Positions 18,694 through 29,656 are shown, counted from the first letter of the stretch. The stretch is DNA of 64,000 bases from Mucilaginibacter sp. (GCA_036569325.1 DATCQV010000116.1:8614-72613); one strand, 5' to 3'. The notes: generated by a model from the letters alone, not told the origin. Translations and numbers: made by a program.

Positions 18694-19563
18694 ATGGAAA
18701 ACAGGACGCACCTATTATTGCAGGCATTAGATCTCGAACTCGCCAGGACTGCAGCAACACAAAAATTAACCGTTGACCAGGCCAAGGCGGCGATCGGACT
18801 TACCCGAAAGGCCATGAAGTTATTGAACCGGGTCATGCCGGCGAATGATTTCCAAAAGAGGGAGGATGAAATTAGGTTTTTTAAAGAGATCAGGCCTCAA
18901 TTTTACAGCAGATACATTTATTACGTTAATGTTTACCAGTATCTCGTCCAGCTCCCGCCCGGGGGGGAAAGCGTGTTGCACGCCTATATCGCGTTACACC
19001 TGACGGACATCGAACGATTTTTCGACCGTAATAAGGCCTTTTACCAGTATTTCCGTTCCGGGGCGACCCAAATGGATGAAATTTATTATACCCATAAGGG
19101 CCTCGATGGCTCAGCGGAACCCGAAGCGTTCGAGGAACATGAGCTGAACGGCTCCAGTCCCGGCTACAAGCTTTCCAGGCTCCTCGCCAACGAAAAGTTC
19201 CAGGATTTTTTAAAATCAGAGGCGTCCAGGATCGGCCAGGAAGAAACCAGTGCGCTTGGGAAGGTTTTTCCTTTCCGGCATCCGCAGTGGACCGCCAGCC
19301 AAACGGACCTGGTCGAGCTGATATACTCCCTCAAAACCGGCTGCGCCGTCAACCATGGTAACATCGACATCGCCGAGCTGACGTCTGTGTTCGCATTCGT
19401 TTTCGGAATCGAACTGAATGAGACCTACCACAAACTGCTGGACATTACCCGCCGGAAAAAGGAGATGTTTGTGTTCCTGACCCGCCTGCGCACCAGTCTG
19501 GGGAACTTTATCAGCGATAAATTTGCGGTGTTACTGCTGATAATTTGGTGTTTGTGGAAGTAA
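18694..19563 (+). CDS. rteC: RteC-domain regulator of conjugative transposon
   Basis: EIRFFKEIRPQF; WTASQTDLVELIYSL; FLTRL; upstream of the tra operon. Confidence 0.85.
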   Translation: MENRTHLLLQALDLELARTAATQKLTVDQAKAAIGLTRKAMKLLNRVMPANDFQKREDEIRFFKEIRPQFYSRYIYYVNVYQYLVQLPPGGESVLHAYIALHLTDIERFFDRNKAFYQYFRSGATQMDEIYYTHKGLDGSAEPEAFEEHELNGSSPGYKLSRLLANEKFQDFLKSEASRIGQEETSALGKVFPFRHPQWTASQTDLVELIYSLKTGCAVNHGNIDIAELTSVFAFVFGIELNETYHKLLDITRRKKEMFVFLTRLRTSLGNFISDKFAVLLLIIWCLWK

Positions 19564-19607
19564 ATGCCTGAGTTTCTTTACGAAAATAACTACGTATTAA
19601 TTTATGC

Positions 19608-19647
19608 CGGCTGTACTGCCTTTAGTACAGCCGTTTTTATTTTTTTG
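19608..19647 (+). terminator. Rho-independent terminator after rteC
   Basis: CGGCTGTACT-gccttt-AGTACAGCCG followed by T-rich tract. Confidence 0.75.
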
Positions 19648-19698
19648 AGTTCCAGGGTTTTTCGGGGTTGGGCCCCGGACCTGCGCATTGTTTAGGAT

Positions 19699-19730
19699 AT
19701 TGCAAATCGCTGGAAATCGATTTGCAATAC
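19699..19730. promoter_or_regulatory. 12-bp inverted repeat upstream of tra operon
   Basis: TATTGCAAATCG-n8-CGATTTGCAATA. Confidence 0.45.
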
Positions 19731-19841
19731 ATAACAGTCTATAATGATTTGCCTGTCCGGCTTTATTTCACCACCCTGCGCCAGGTGGTGAAGTAAGCCT
19801 TGGGGTTTGCTCCACTTTTGCTTTCAACAAAACGAAAGCAT

Positions 19842-20327
19842 ATGTTAAACACGATTTCCTGGCAGCAATATCTGACTGCCGTCATCCTCATCGCTGCCGT
19901 TTGGTACGGCTGGGTACTCTTTAAATATTATAAACCCAAACCAAAAGCCGTTCCGCCGACACCGCCGGTCGCCAACCAAATGACCGTGGTCATGGGCGCA
20001 GTTAAAGCGGATACGGACACCGACGTTCACGAACCCGAAGAATTACGCTTTTCGGTGGCCTCACCTGATGATATCAGCGACCAAACGCTGCCTAAAGGCC
20101 CCGGCGATGATCTGCTGGAAGAAGCACAAACCCTGATTACCGCTTACGCGGACAATGAAGACAAAAAAAGCTTTTTGTCCCTGCTCAAAATCCTGCTGAA
20201 TAAGTACGAAGTCTTTGCCGACGAGATCAGTCTGCCCGCAGTCATCGGTTCCCTTAAACAATTCGCGAAAACCCACCTGCCATTTACCCTGAAGGACAAC
20301 GAATGGCCCTTAACATTTGAAGCATGA
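19842..20327 (+). CDS. Conjugative transposon membrane protein (first gene of tra operon)
   Basis: MLNTISWQQYL plus TM helix; overlaps the traE-like gene. Confidence 0.7.
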   Translation: MLNTISWQQYLTAVILIAAVWYGWVLFKYYKPKPKAVPPTPPVANQMTVVMGAVKADTDTDVHEPEELRFSVASPDDISDQTLPKGPGDDLLEEAQTLITAYADNEDKKSFLSLLKILLNKYEVFADEISLPAVIGSLKQFAKTHLPFTLKDNEWPLTFEA

Positions 20328-20617
20328 AAAAGATAACTCAAACTATTTTATTGTTGCTGATCGCCGCAGGCGCATCAGCACAGGACGGCAACGCCGGCAT
20401 TAACGAAGCCACCACCCAGGTGAAAAGTTATTTCTCTACCGGCACCAATCTAATGTATGCCATCGGTGCCATTGTCGGCCTGGTCGGCGCGGTGAAAGTG
20501 TATAAAAAATGGAATGACGGCGAGCATGATACGGGCAAGGTAGCCTCATCATGGTTCGGCTCCTGCATCTTCCTGGTGGTAGTGGCCACCGTACTCAAGT
20601 CCTTCTTTGGCGTATAA
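20324..20617 (+). CDS. traE: DUF4134/TraE pilin-like conjugation protein
   Basis: AQDGNAGINEAT...YAIGAIVGLVGAVKVY...SWFGSCIFLVV. Confidence 0.85.
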   Translation: MKKITQTILLLLIAAGASAQDGNAGINEATTQVKSYFSTGTNLMYAIGAIVGLVGAVKVYKKWNDGEHDTGKVASSWFGSCIFLVVVATVLKSFFGV

Positions 20618-20720
20618 ACCCCAGTTATCGTTTCCTCTCTCAGCGGAACGGGCGTATGAACCGCCTTTTCCGCCTTTTTATTAGTTAAAAAATATTTGTA
20701 AATTTGAAATAAGTATCATT

Positions 20721-21113
20721 ATGAAAGTAGAATTTTTAAAAGATGCCCAGGGCAATACCGAATCGGTTCACATCAACGTGGATAAGGCCGAATGGCCCGA
20801 CGTTGCCCGCCAACTCAACGTGCCGGTCGAGGAGGTTAATCCTTTCGACCAGTATCGCCTGACCGAAAGTCTGAATTCAATTCTGAACGGATTGGTCGCT
20901 TTGTCCTCCCGGGAACAGCTTCTGGAAGAAAGAGAAAGAACTCCTGACAAAAAGCGCTTAACAGAATTGGATGCCCTGCAATGGGAAGCGCTTAAGCTAT
21001 TAGACGATCCACATAGTTTTTCCAGCGTTGTTCAAATGCAACAATTGGTAGACCACTATGGCCCTGTACTACAGGAACAAAAAAAAAAGTCACTCCTCCG
21101 CAAGACGGCCTGA
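20721..21113 (+). CDS. Hypothetical protein; possible antitoxin or N-terminal part of the zeta-toxin gene
   Basis: 130-aa ORF ending just after an A10 run; the zeta frame opens at that run without its own ATG. Confidence 0.6.
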   Translation: MKVEFLKDAQGNTESVHINVDKAEWPDVARQLNVPVEEVNPFDQYRLTESLNSILNGLVALSSREQLLEERERTPDKKRLTELDALQWEALKLLDDPHSFSSVVQMQQLVDHYGPVLQEQKKKSLLRKTA

Positions 21114-22016
21114 AAGAAGATTTAGACAGCCTCAGAAAGCAACTGGAACTTCCGGAAGCTACTTTCGAACTCATTTTAAGCCGTATTGTTGCCAGCAGGA
21201 CCCGAAATGCCAGGCCAAATGAACATCCCATCGTTGTCATCCTCGGCGGCCAGCCCGGTGCCGGCAAAACGGAACTGGAAAGATTAGCACGTGTTGAATT
21301 GGGCGGTAACGTTGTCGTTTGCAACGTAGATGTCTTTCGCGATGAACATCCCTTGGCAGAACATATCCGATCCAGTCATCCCGAATTCTACCCCGAACTA
21401 ACTGCTCCGTTTGCGCAAGCCTGGAACAATCGTTTGCGAAAAAAACCGGCTTAATTTCATTATGGAAACCACTTTTTCTTCCGGTTCCCTCATGAACGAT
21501 ACCGTCCGTGATCTTAAAAACAAAGATTACCAGGTGCAAATCAAGCTATTAGCACTTCATCCCAAACTGAGTTTATTGGGCACCCATGCCCGTTTTGAAG
21601 ACATGATGCACCGCGAAGGCTCTAGTCGTTTGGTCGGCAAAGCGGCTCATGACCAGCGGTTCGAAAACATCATACCTACCTTGTTAGCCGTACAACTCGA
21701 GAAAAATTATGACCGGCTGCAAATTTATGGACGGGAGGTGCCTGACCTGTTCCTGATCGGAACTAATCCTGCTGATCCTGTTAAGCTTTACAAACAGGAA
21801 ATTGCGCGCGAATGGCCGGATAATGTGCTGCAATTTTTTGAAAAGACGGAGACTGGCATCGCCGCGATGAAAGTGGCCCGCAATGCGCCAGAACGGGAGG
21901 TGATCGATTTTTTAAACGAGATGGCGTATTCTTATGGCTTAACGCCAAGCGAGAAACTACGGGAAAGGCCAGTCGTGCAAAAACGCCAGGGTCGCCGGAA
22001 AGGGCCGCGGTTATGA
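21086..22016 (+). pseudogene. Zeta toxin/PezT-like P-loop kinase, frameshifted near 21440
   Basis: Manual translation ILGGQPGAGKTELE...NVDVFRDEHP, then a frame change to NFIMETTF...ARFE. Confidence 0.8.
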
Positions 22017-22768
22017 AAATACAATATGCTTCTGACCTGCATTTGGAATTCACCGAAAACAGGCATTATCTCGTTCAGCATCCCCTGCAACCTGCAGGGG
22101 ATATTTTGTTATTAGCGGGCGATATCTGCAAGGTCAATGCGCTGGCGACCTATGACTGGTTCTTTGATCAAATCGCAAAGCAATTTAAGGTGACCTACTG
22201 GATACCCGGTAACCACGAATATTATGGCTACGATCTTCAATTAAGATCGGTCAACTTTTGCGAACCCATTCGCAACAATGTTTTCTTAGTAAACGATCAT
22301 GCCGAAACGATTGAAGGCACCCATTTCATTTTTTCGACGATGTGGACCAAAATATTGCCGTCTTATCGCCGCGATGTTGAGCGGGGAATGAACGACTTTC
22401 GGCTGATCCGTTTTGGCGACGAGACCTTGAACGCCGAGCATTATAACGAATTGCACAAAACCTCGCTTGCCTTCTTAGAAAAAGAATTGCAGGCTCTAGG
22501 CCCGAAAGTGGTCGTGACGCATCATGCCCCTACTTTGCAACATTATCCACCGGAGTACCTCGGCTCGGTTTTAAATCAGGGTTTTGCCGTCAATTTGGAC
22601 CGGCTGATCGAGAGCACTAACCCCAACGTTTGGATAGACGGTCACCATCACCGGAACATCCCTGCATTTACCATCGGCAAAACTCAAATGCTGACCAACC
22701 AACTCGGTTATGTCGCAGCCGGTGAGCATCATTTATTCAACCCCGCCGCATTTTTCGACTTGTCTTGA
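22013..22768 (+). CDS. Calcineurin-like metallophosphoesterase
   Basis: SDLHLE, AGDI, GNHEYY, THHAP, GHHH motifs. Confidence 0.92.
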   Translation: MKIQYASDLHLEFTENRHYLVQHPLQPAGDILLLAGDICKVNALATYDWFFDQIAKQFKVTYWIPGNHEYYGYDLQLRSVNFCEPIRNNVFLVNDHAETIEGTHFIFSTMWTKILPSYRRDVERGMNDFRLIRFGDETLNAEHYNELHKTSLAFLEKELQALGPKVVVTHHAPTLQHYPPEYLGSVLNQGFAVNLDRLIESTNPNVWIDGHHHRNIPAFTIGKTQMLTNQLGYVAAGEHHLFNPAAFFDLS

Positions 22769-22878
22769 TCGCTTATTCCAGTCCGTTTCGATGCATACCT
22801 GTGCAGCATTCCGGCAATACAACCACACCTCCCGCAACATTGTGAAATAAGCGTATAAGGGCTCCTGACCTTTGGGTC

Positions 22879-23187
22879 ATGAGTTACACGATCAACAAAG
22901 GTATTAACCGCCCCATTGAATTTAAGGGTTTGAAAGCGCAATACATCGGCTACCTGGCTGGTGGACTGGTCATTTTACTCGTCCTATTTTCTATTCTTTA
23001 TTTGATCGGCTGCGCGGTGTACCTCTGCATCCTCATTATCGGTGGCCTCGGCAGCGGCCTGTTCTACAAAGTCTTTGGCCTCAGCCACCAATATGGTGAA
23101 CGCGGCCTGATGAAAAGGAACGCCAAAAGACAGGTACCCACTTACTTAAAATTCAAGTCCAGAAAACTGTTTTATGAAAAACGCTGA
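22879..23187 (+). CDS. traF: DUF4133/TraF conjugation protein
   Basis: INKGINRPIEFKGLKAQYI; YGERGLMK. Confidence 0.88.
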   Translation: MSYTINKGINRPIEFKGLKAQYIGYLAGGLVILLVLFSILYLIGCAVYLCILIIGGLGSGLFYKVFGLSHQYGERGLMKRNAKRQVPTYLKFKSRKLFYEKR

Positions 23188-25627
23188 ACAAGTATTTCCT
23201 ATTTATAAAGTCGAACATGATACGATGTTATCGGCACAAGGCGAACTGACCATCGCGTTCGAGATCGCTTTGCCCGAGCTGTTTACGCTGTCTAACGACG
23301 AGTATTTTGCCTTGCACCAGACTTGGGTGAAGGCCATTAAGCTCTTACCCAAAAACAGCGTCTTTCATAAACAGGATTGGTTTGTAGAAACCAGTTATCA
23401 AGCCCAATTTACAGAACAAACCTTTTTGAGCCATGCCAGTGAACGCTTTTTTCACGAGCGGCCCTATTTGGCACACCGCTGCTATGTCTATCTCACAAAA
23501 CGGCCAGCCAATTTTAAACCGGTAACCAGCGCCTCGTCAAGTTTACTGCGTAGCCGTATCACACCGCCTGAAACTACGTCGGAAGAACTATTCAGGGATT
23601 TTAATGATAGCTGCGGTCAGTTCAAAAGAATATTGGAAGACAGCGGCCTGCTGAAAGTTCGCCGCCTGGCCGACGATGAACTGGCCGGTACGCTCATTAC
23701 GCCAGGCTTACTGGAACAATACTGCTTCTTATTGAATGCCTCTGACCAGCCGGTCATCAAAGACATCCACTTTAAAAACGGGATTGCCATCGGCGATAAT
23801 CATTGCCAGTTGTATACGCTGGCGGATGCGGAGCACCTGCCAGCCTTATGCGGCCCGCGTATTACTTACGATGCTTATTCTACTGACAAAACCAAATTCA
23901 GCACCGGCTTCGCCAGCCCGGTCGGTGCCCTGCTGAACTGCAACCATATTTACAATCAGTACATCCTGATCGAAAACAGTGCCAAGACCCTGAAAAAACT
24001 GGAAGCCAAAAAGCTGCGCCTGCAATCGCTGTCGGCCTACTCCCGCGAAAACGCCATCGGCCGTGATGCCACCCAGGAGTTTTTGAACGAAGCGGTCAGC
24101 CAGCAAAGGCTTCCGGTTAAGGCACATTTTAATGTACTCGCCTGGACGACAGGCGACACCAAAGACTTAAAGAACAAGGTCAGCAGCGCTTTAGCGCAGC
24201 TTGATGCGCAACCCAAACAGGAAACGGATGGCGCCGCACAGATCTGGTGGGCCGGCCTGCCCGGCAATGCCGGCAACTTCCCGATGAACGACACCTTTGA
24301 CACGTTCGCTGAACAAGCTTGCTGCTTTTTCAACCTCGAAACCAACTATCGTTCCTCTCTTTCCCCATGCGGCATCCGCTTAGGCGACCGCCTAAGCGGT
24401 AAACCGCTTCACGTCGATCTGAGCGATGAACCCATGAAAATGGGTGTAACTACCAACCGCAACAAATTTATTCTTGGCCCGTCTGGCAGCGGCAAATCCT
24501 TTTTTACCAACCACCTGCTGCGTTCTTATTTTGAGCAAGGCGCACATATAGTGTTGGTCGATGTAGGCCATAGCTATCAAGGCCTTAGCGATTTTGTCGA
24601 TGGCTACTACTTCACGTATAGTGAAAAGAACCCGATCTCTTTCAATCCCTTTTACGTCGGTGCGGGTGATACCCTCGATACCGAAAAACGGGAAAGCATC
24701 AAGGCCATGATCCTGGCGCTCTGGAAAAAAGAAGACGAAGGCGTACAACGCAGTGAATACATCGCCATCAGCGATGCGTTGTTTCACTATTATAACAGCA
24801 ACCCTGAATTCCCGTGCTTCAACTCCTTTTACGACTTTTTATCCGGCACTTTCTACGAAACCATGAAGGCCAGCAAAGTCAAAGATGCCCATTTTGACAT
24901 TGACAATCTGCTGTTCGTGCTGCGGCCCTATTACAAAGGCGGTGAGTATGATTATTTGCTGAATGCCACGGAAAACCTCGACTTGTTACAGCGTCGCTTT
25001 ATCATATTCGAACTGGATAATATCAAAGATCACCCGATATTATTCCCGGTAGTGACCTTAATTATCATGGAAACCTTCGTTTCCAAAATGCGCAAGCTAC
25101 CCAAAGACGTGCGTAAGATGATCCTGATCGAGGAAGCCTGGAAAGCGATTGCCCGCGAAGGCATGGCGGAATACATCAAATACTTGTTCAAAACCGTACG
25201 CAAATACTTTGGCGAGGCGCTGGTCGTAACGCAAGATATCGAAGATATTATCAGTTCACCAGTTGTTAAACAGGCCATCATCAATAACAGCGACTGTAAA
25301 ATCCTACTTGACCAGCGCAAGTATCAAAATGACTTCCCGAAGATCCAACAACTGCTCGGTATTACTGATAAGGAAACCGCGCTGATCATGTCCATGAACC
25401 GCGCGAATGACGAACGCTACAAATACAAAGAGGTATTTATCTCCCTCAACGGCCAGCTATCAAAAGTCTACCGTACCGAAGTGAGCCGCGAGGAATACTG
25501 GACCTATACCACCGAAAGCGCTGAAAAAGCCAAAGTCCAAAAATACACGCAGCAGTACGGCGATATCCGCAAAGCCATCGCTGCTATTGTCCTGGAAGAA
25601 AAACAAACTAAAAACAAAGCCGCATGA
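23174..25627 (+). CDS. traG: Conjugative transposon ATPase (VirB4-like)
   Basis: GPSGSGKS; VDVGHSY; IEEAWKA; KTVRKYFGEA. Confidence 0.95.
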   Translation: MKNAEQVFPIYKVEHDTMLSAQGELTIAFEIALPELFTLSNDEYFALHQTWVKAIKLLPKNSVFHKQDWFVETSYQAQFTEQTFLSHASERFFHERPYLAHRCYVYLTKRPANFKPVTSASSSLLRSRITPPETTSEELFRDFNDSCGQFKRILEDSGLLKVRRLADDELAGTLITPGLLEQYCFLLNASDQPVIKDIHFKNGIAIGDNHCQLYTLADAEHLPALCGPRITYDAYSTDKTKFSTGFASPVGALLNCNHIYNQYILIENSAKTLKKLEAKKLRLQSLSAYSRENAIGRDATQEFLNEAVSQQRLPVKAHFNVLAWTTGDTKDLKNKVSSALAQLDAQPKQETDGAAQIWWAGLPGNAGNFPMNDTFDTFAEQACCFFNLETNYRSSLSPCGIRLGDRLSGKPLHVDLSDEPMKMGVTTNRNKFILGPSGSGKSFFTNHLLRSYFEQGAHIVLVDVGHSYQGLSDFVDGYYFTYSEKNPISFNPFYVGAGDTLDTEKRESIKAMILALWKKEDEGVQRSEYIAISDALFHYYNSNPEFPCFNSFYDFLSGTFYETMKASKVKDAHFDIDNLLFVLRPYYKGGEYDYLLNATENLDLLQRRFIIFELDNIKDHPILFPVVTLIIMETFVSKMRKLPKDVRKMILIEEAWKAIAREGMAEYIKYLFKTVRKYFGEALVVTQDIEDIISSPVVKQAIINNSDCKILLDQRKYQNDFPKIQQLLGITDKETALIMSMNRANDERYKYKEVFISLNGQLSKVYRTEVSREEYWTYTTESAEKAKVQKYTQQYGDIRKAIAAIVLEEKQTKNKAA

Positions 25628-25899
25628 AAAAATTGATCCCAATCCTGTTCCTGCTCGTGGCCTGCAAGGCAGCCAACCACGATGGCAAGTATATCAATCA
25701 CACCAACGGCCAGTTTTCGGTTACCGACGACACGTTGGAGGTCCGTGACACAGTCATCATCGAACATACCGGCTTCCAAAAGATCAGAAATGGCGTAACG
25801 CAACCCAAAGAGTTTAAGACCAAACAGCTTTTTGAATTGCATCCGCAATTCAATGGTAACCAACTCATTTTAAATAATAACACCTATGAAAAGCTTTAA
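25624..25899 (+). CDS. Small lipoprotein in tra operon
   Basis: Lipobox LVAC; overlaps both neighbours. Confidence 0.7.
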   Translation: MKKLIPILFLLVACKAANHDGKYINHTNGQFSVTDDTLEVRDTVIIEHTGFQKIRNGVTQPKEFKTKQLFELHPQFNGNQLILNNNTYEKL

Positions 25900-26548
25900 T
25901 ATAACAGTCATCCTATTACTGTTTAGCGTTGCCTGCAACGCGCAATTCGTAGTGGGTACGGTCCTCAACCAAACCGTTGGCCGTATTATCCGGGCGATTG
26001 ACCTGCAGGTGCAACAGGCACAGAACAAAACGATATGGCTGCAAAATGCCCAAAAGGCGATTGAAAATCAGTTGCATCAACTGCAACTGAACAATATCGC
26101 CGGCATCAGTACCCAGCAAAAGGATTTGTTTACGGAATATTATAACGAACTGACCCAGGTGAAAGCGGTCATTACTGATTACGAGCAGGTAACGAATATT
26201 ATTTCACGTCAAACCCAACTGGTTTCGCTGTATAAAACGAGTTGGACCGCCACCCAGCAGGACGGGCATTTCAATCCCACGGAACTCCATCAAATTCAGC
26301 AGGTCTATAGCGGTATATTACTGGGAAGTGCCAACAACCTCGACCAATTGGCCAAGGTCATCAACGCTTTCCAAACCCAAATGACTGATGGCCAGCGCAT
26401 GGAGATCATCGATCACATCCAGCGCCAGATCGACGGTAATTACAATGACCTCAAAAGATTTACGAACCAAAACATCCAGCTGAGCATGGCCCGCGCCCAG
26501 GATCAGAACGATGTACAAACCGTCAAAAATTTATATGGCTTACATTAA
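25886..26548 (+). CDS. TraI-like conjugal transfer protein
   Basis: Signal peptide; IDLQVQQAQNKTIWLQNAQK; MTDGQRMEII. Confidence 0.8.
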   Translation: MKSFNITVILLLFSVACNAQFVVGTVLNQTVGRIIRAIDLQVQQAQNKTIWLQNAQKAIENQLHQLQLNNIAGISTQQKDLFTEYYNELTQVKAVITDYEQVTNIISRQTQLVSLYKTSWTATQQDGHFNPTELHQIQQVYSGILLGSANNLDQLAKVINAFQTQMTDGQRMEIIDHIQRQIDGNYNDLKRFTNQNIQLSMARAQDQNDVQTVKNLYGLH

Positions 26549-27143
26549 ATATATCCCGCTACTGTTACTCAGTTTACCCGCCAAAGCGCAGCTTTTCGGC
26601 CAGGCCAATGCACAGGTCAAATACTATGAGCAGCAGATCGCTGCCTATCATGCCCTGCAATCCGAAATTAAACAGGGTTATAACGTTTGTAAAAACGGTC
26701 TGAACGGTATTGCCAGTATTAATACCGCCGAACTCAATGCCCACACGGCTTATTGTACCGCGCTGAAAATTCCTTCGCCTGCTGTCAAAAACAGTAGCCA
26801 GGTAAAAGACATCCTGAACTACCAGGCTTATATCAACAGGGCGTTTTCGCAAACCTTCGAAGGACTTAATACCGACGAAGCAAATTATGAAACTGCTGTA
26901 AAAAATCAGGTGTTTGACGGCTGCAACAAAGATTTGGTTGACCTCCAAAACCTGCTGGCCGCAAACAAACTGCAATTGAGCGATGACGAACGCCTCAAAA
27001 GATTGAACGCTATTCACGCTTCGATGCTGGAGAAATACCAGTTCAGCCAAAGCTTTACGAATAGCCTCAAAATATTGGCACTCCGTCGCCAGCAGGAAAG
27101 TAATGATGCCAACACCTTAACTAATCTGTATGCGAACCATTAA
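26535..27143 (+). CDS. TraI-like paralog
   Basis: Signal peptide; YYEQQIAA; LSDDERLKRL. Confidence 0.75.
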   Translation: MAYIKYIPLLLLSLPAKAQLFGQANAQVKYYEQQIAAYHALQSEIKQGYNVCKNGLNGIASINTAELNAHTAYCTALKIPSPAVKNSSQVKDILNYQAYINRAFSQTFEGLNTDEANYETAVKNQVFDGCNKDLVDLQNLLAANKLQLSDDERLKRLNAIHASMLEKYQFSQSFTNSLKILALRRQQESNDANTLTNLYANH

Positions 27144-27753
27144 AATCACCATAATCTTCTTGTTCGTCAGTTTGGGCAGCTATGCCCAAAGCAGCGACCT
27201 GACGCAGCTCATTTTGGATATCGAAAAGCTCACCCAATTGAAAGGCATTTTATCCGATATGAAAACCGGCTACGACATTGTCAATGGCGGTTATAACGAG
27301 GTTAAGTCCATTCAAAGCGGCAACTTTAATTTGCACGCGACCTTCCTCAATGGTCTAAACGCCGTTAGCCCATCGGTGGCCAATTATGGCCGTGTCGCCG
27401 ATATCATCTTGCAGCAAGCCAACCTCGTTACCGAATACAGCCGCTATAAAAAGGAGTTTGCACAAAGTGGCAGTTTTACGGTCAGCGAACTCAGCTACAT
27501 GGCCAATGTCTATTCAACACTGCTCCAGGAAAGTTTGCAGAACCTAAGCCGACTGACCGATATTTTAATGGCGGGTAAACTCCGGATGTCCGATGCCGAG
27601 CGCCTGAAAGCCATTGACAAAATTTACGCAGAAAGTTCAGATCAATATGCTTTTCTACAGCATTTTGATCGTCAAGGCGTCATGCTTAGTCTGCAAAGAA
27701 GCCATGATCTGAACGATACACAAACACTCAAAAACTTATACCAGCTACCATGA
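27130..27753 (+). CDS. TraI-like paralog
   Basis: QLILDIEKLTQLK; GNFNLH; MSDAERLKAID. Confidence 0.75.
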   Translation: MRTIKITIIFLFVSLGSYAQSSDLTQLILDIEKLTQLKGILSDMKTGYDIVNGGYNEVKSIQSGNFNLHATFLNGLNAVSPSVANYGRVADIILQQANLVTEYSRYKKEFAQSGSFTVSELSYMANVYSTLLQESLQNLSRLTDILMAGKLRMSDAERLKAIDKIYAESSDQYAFLQHFDRQGVMLSLQRSHDLNDTQTLKNLYQLP

Positions 27754-28898
27754 ATACATTGCTTCAAATCACCGGACTATCGTCTGATATCGGCGGCCTA
27801 CAGGGCGTGTTGAACGGCGTCTATAATGGCATGATGCCCCTATGCAGCAGCCTGATCGATGTCGGTCGCGGCATTGCCGGTTTCGGTGCGCTACTGTATA
27901 TCAGCACCCGTGTCTGGCGGCAGATCGCTGCTGCTGAACCCATCGACTTTTATCCCTTGATGCGGCCATTCGCCATTGGCCTGACCATCCTGTTATTTCC
28001 CACCTTCATCGCACTGATGAACGGGATACTCAATCCAACCGTCACCGCCACCGGCGGCATGGTCGCCAATTCCGATGCCGCCATCCAAACTTTACTGGCC
28101 GCCAAACAAGCCGCCGTTGAAAAGACGGACGCTTATCAGATGTACGTTGGTGCCGATGGTGAAGGCGACCGCGACAAATGGTATAAATATTTGCACCCAG
28201 ATGATCCGACCGACAGTAAAGAGGGCATGTTCTCTTCAGTCGGCAACGACATGAAATTCGCGATGGCCAAGGCCAGTTATAATTTCCGCAACAGCGTCAA
28301 ACAGTGGATGAGCGAAATATTACAGGTTTGCTATGAAGCAGCGGCGTTGTGCATCAATACCATTCGCACCTTTTATCTCATCGTATTGGCCATACTCGGC
28401 CCGCTTGTATTAGGCTTGTCCGTATTCGATGGCTTTCAGTTTACGCTGAATACCTGGTTGGCCAAGTACGTAAACGTGTTCTTATGGCTGCCGGTCGCTA
28501 ATATCTTCGGCGCGATCATCGGTAAAGTGCAGGAAAACATGCTCAAGCTGGATATCCAACAAGTGCAAAGCGCTGGAGATACATTTTTCAGTTCGACCGA
28601 TACGTCTTACTTAATATTTCTGCTCATTGGTATCATCGGCTACTTCACCGTACCTGCCGTAGCTGGCTATATCATCAACCCCGGCGGCGGTAATGGTTTA
28701 TTGAACAAAGTCAGCACACTCGCCTCAACAGCCGTCATGTCGGCAGGTGGCGCGTTCAGCGGTGCTTTTACCAGCAGCAGCAATCACCATACAGCGAGCA
28801 GCACTTCCAATAATGCCATGCCTGCACCGCCGTCCAGTCCGAACAACGACTACCAGAAACAGAAACTCGATCCGGAAACAAAATCTAAGAAAGATTAA
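27750..28898 (+). CDS. traJ: Conjugative transposon protein TraJ (VirB6-like)
   Basis: AEPIDFYPLMRPF; INTIRTFYLIVLAILGP; FLWLPVANIF. Confidence 0.93.
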   Translation: MNTLLQITGLSSDIGGLQGVLNGVYNGMMPLCSSLIDVGRGIAGFGALLYISTRVWRQIAAAEPIDFYPLMRPFAIGLTILLFPTFIALMNGILNPTVTATGGMVANSDAAIQTLLAAKQAAVEKTDAYQMYVGADGEGDRDKWYKYLHPDDPTDSKEGMFSSVGNDMKFAMAKASYNFRNSVKQWMSEILQVCYEAAALCINTIRTFYLIVLAILGPLVLGLSVFDGFQFTLNTWLAKYVNVFLWLPVANIFGAIIGKVQENMLKLDIQQVQSAGDTFFSSTDTSYLIFLLIGIIGYFTVPAVAGYIINPGGGNGLLNKVSTLASTAVMSAGGAFSGAFTSSSNHHTASSTSNNAMPAPPSSPNNDYQKQKLDPETKSKKD

Positions 28899-28909
28899 AA
28901 ACGATTATC

Positions 28910-29524
28910 ATGTTCACCCATCTGAAAAACATTGAAACCAGCTTCCAGCACATCAAGCGCTTCAGCTATATCTTAATTGTTGCTTGTGCACTCATCTGTG
29001 GCTTCGCCACTTTCAAAAGCTACCAGTTTGCATCGGCAGCGAGCGCGCACGTGTACATCCTGGCCGGCGGCAAAGCATTGGAAGCCTTTGCCGCTGACCG
29101 TAAGGATAATATCCCGGTCGAGGCCCGCGACCATATCCGCATGTTCCACCATGACTTCTTTACTCTCGACCCCGATGAAAAGGTGATTGAAGCCAATATC
29201 GGTAAGGCATTATACCTCGCCGATGAAAGTGCCCGCAACCAGTATAATGGCCTCAAGGAAAAAAGCTATTACAACAACCTGATCTCGGGCAACATCAGCC
29301 AGCAGATCGAGGTCGACAGCATCCACTTGGATATGAACCAATACCCTTATTATTTCAAGTGCTGGGCCATTCAAAAATTGGTGCGCTCGACTTCCAATGT
29401 CAACAAGCTGCTGATTACGCAAGGCTATTTGCGCAATGTCAGTCGTAGTGATAATAATCCGCATGGCTTCCTTATTGAGCGATGGGAAACGCTGGCTAAC
29501 CGTGACACCACTATTAACAAATGA
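28910..29524 (+). CDS. traK: Conjugative transposon protein TraK (VirB8-like)
   Basis: MFTHLKNIETSF; FHHDFFTLDPD; RSDNNPHGFLIERW. Confidence 0.95.
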   Translation: MFTHLKNIETSFQHIKRFSYILIVACALICGFATFKSYQFASAASAHVYILAGGKALEAFAADRKDNIPVEARDHIRMFHHDFFTLDPDEKVIEANIGKALYLADESARNQYNGLKEKSYYNNLISGNISQQIEVDSIHLDMNQYPYYFKCWAIQKLVRSTSNVNKLLITQGYLRNVSRSDNNPHGFLIERWETLANRDTTINK

Positions 29525-29656
29525 AACGCCCACACAAAATCCTGATCGTTATCGCAGCCAGCTACGCTGTCCTGCTCGGCTGGTCGCTCAATTACAATAA
29601 GATCAATATCAAACCCGGCCGTATGCCTTCGTTCATCGGCCATAATCTTCAAGACC

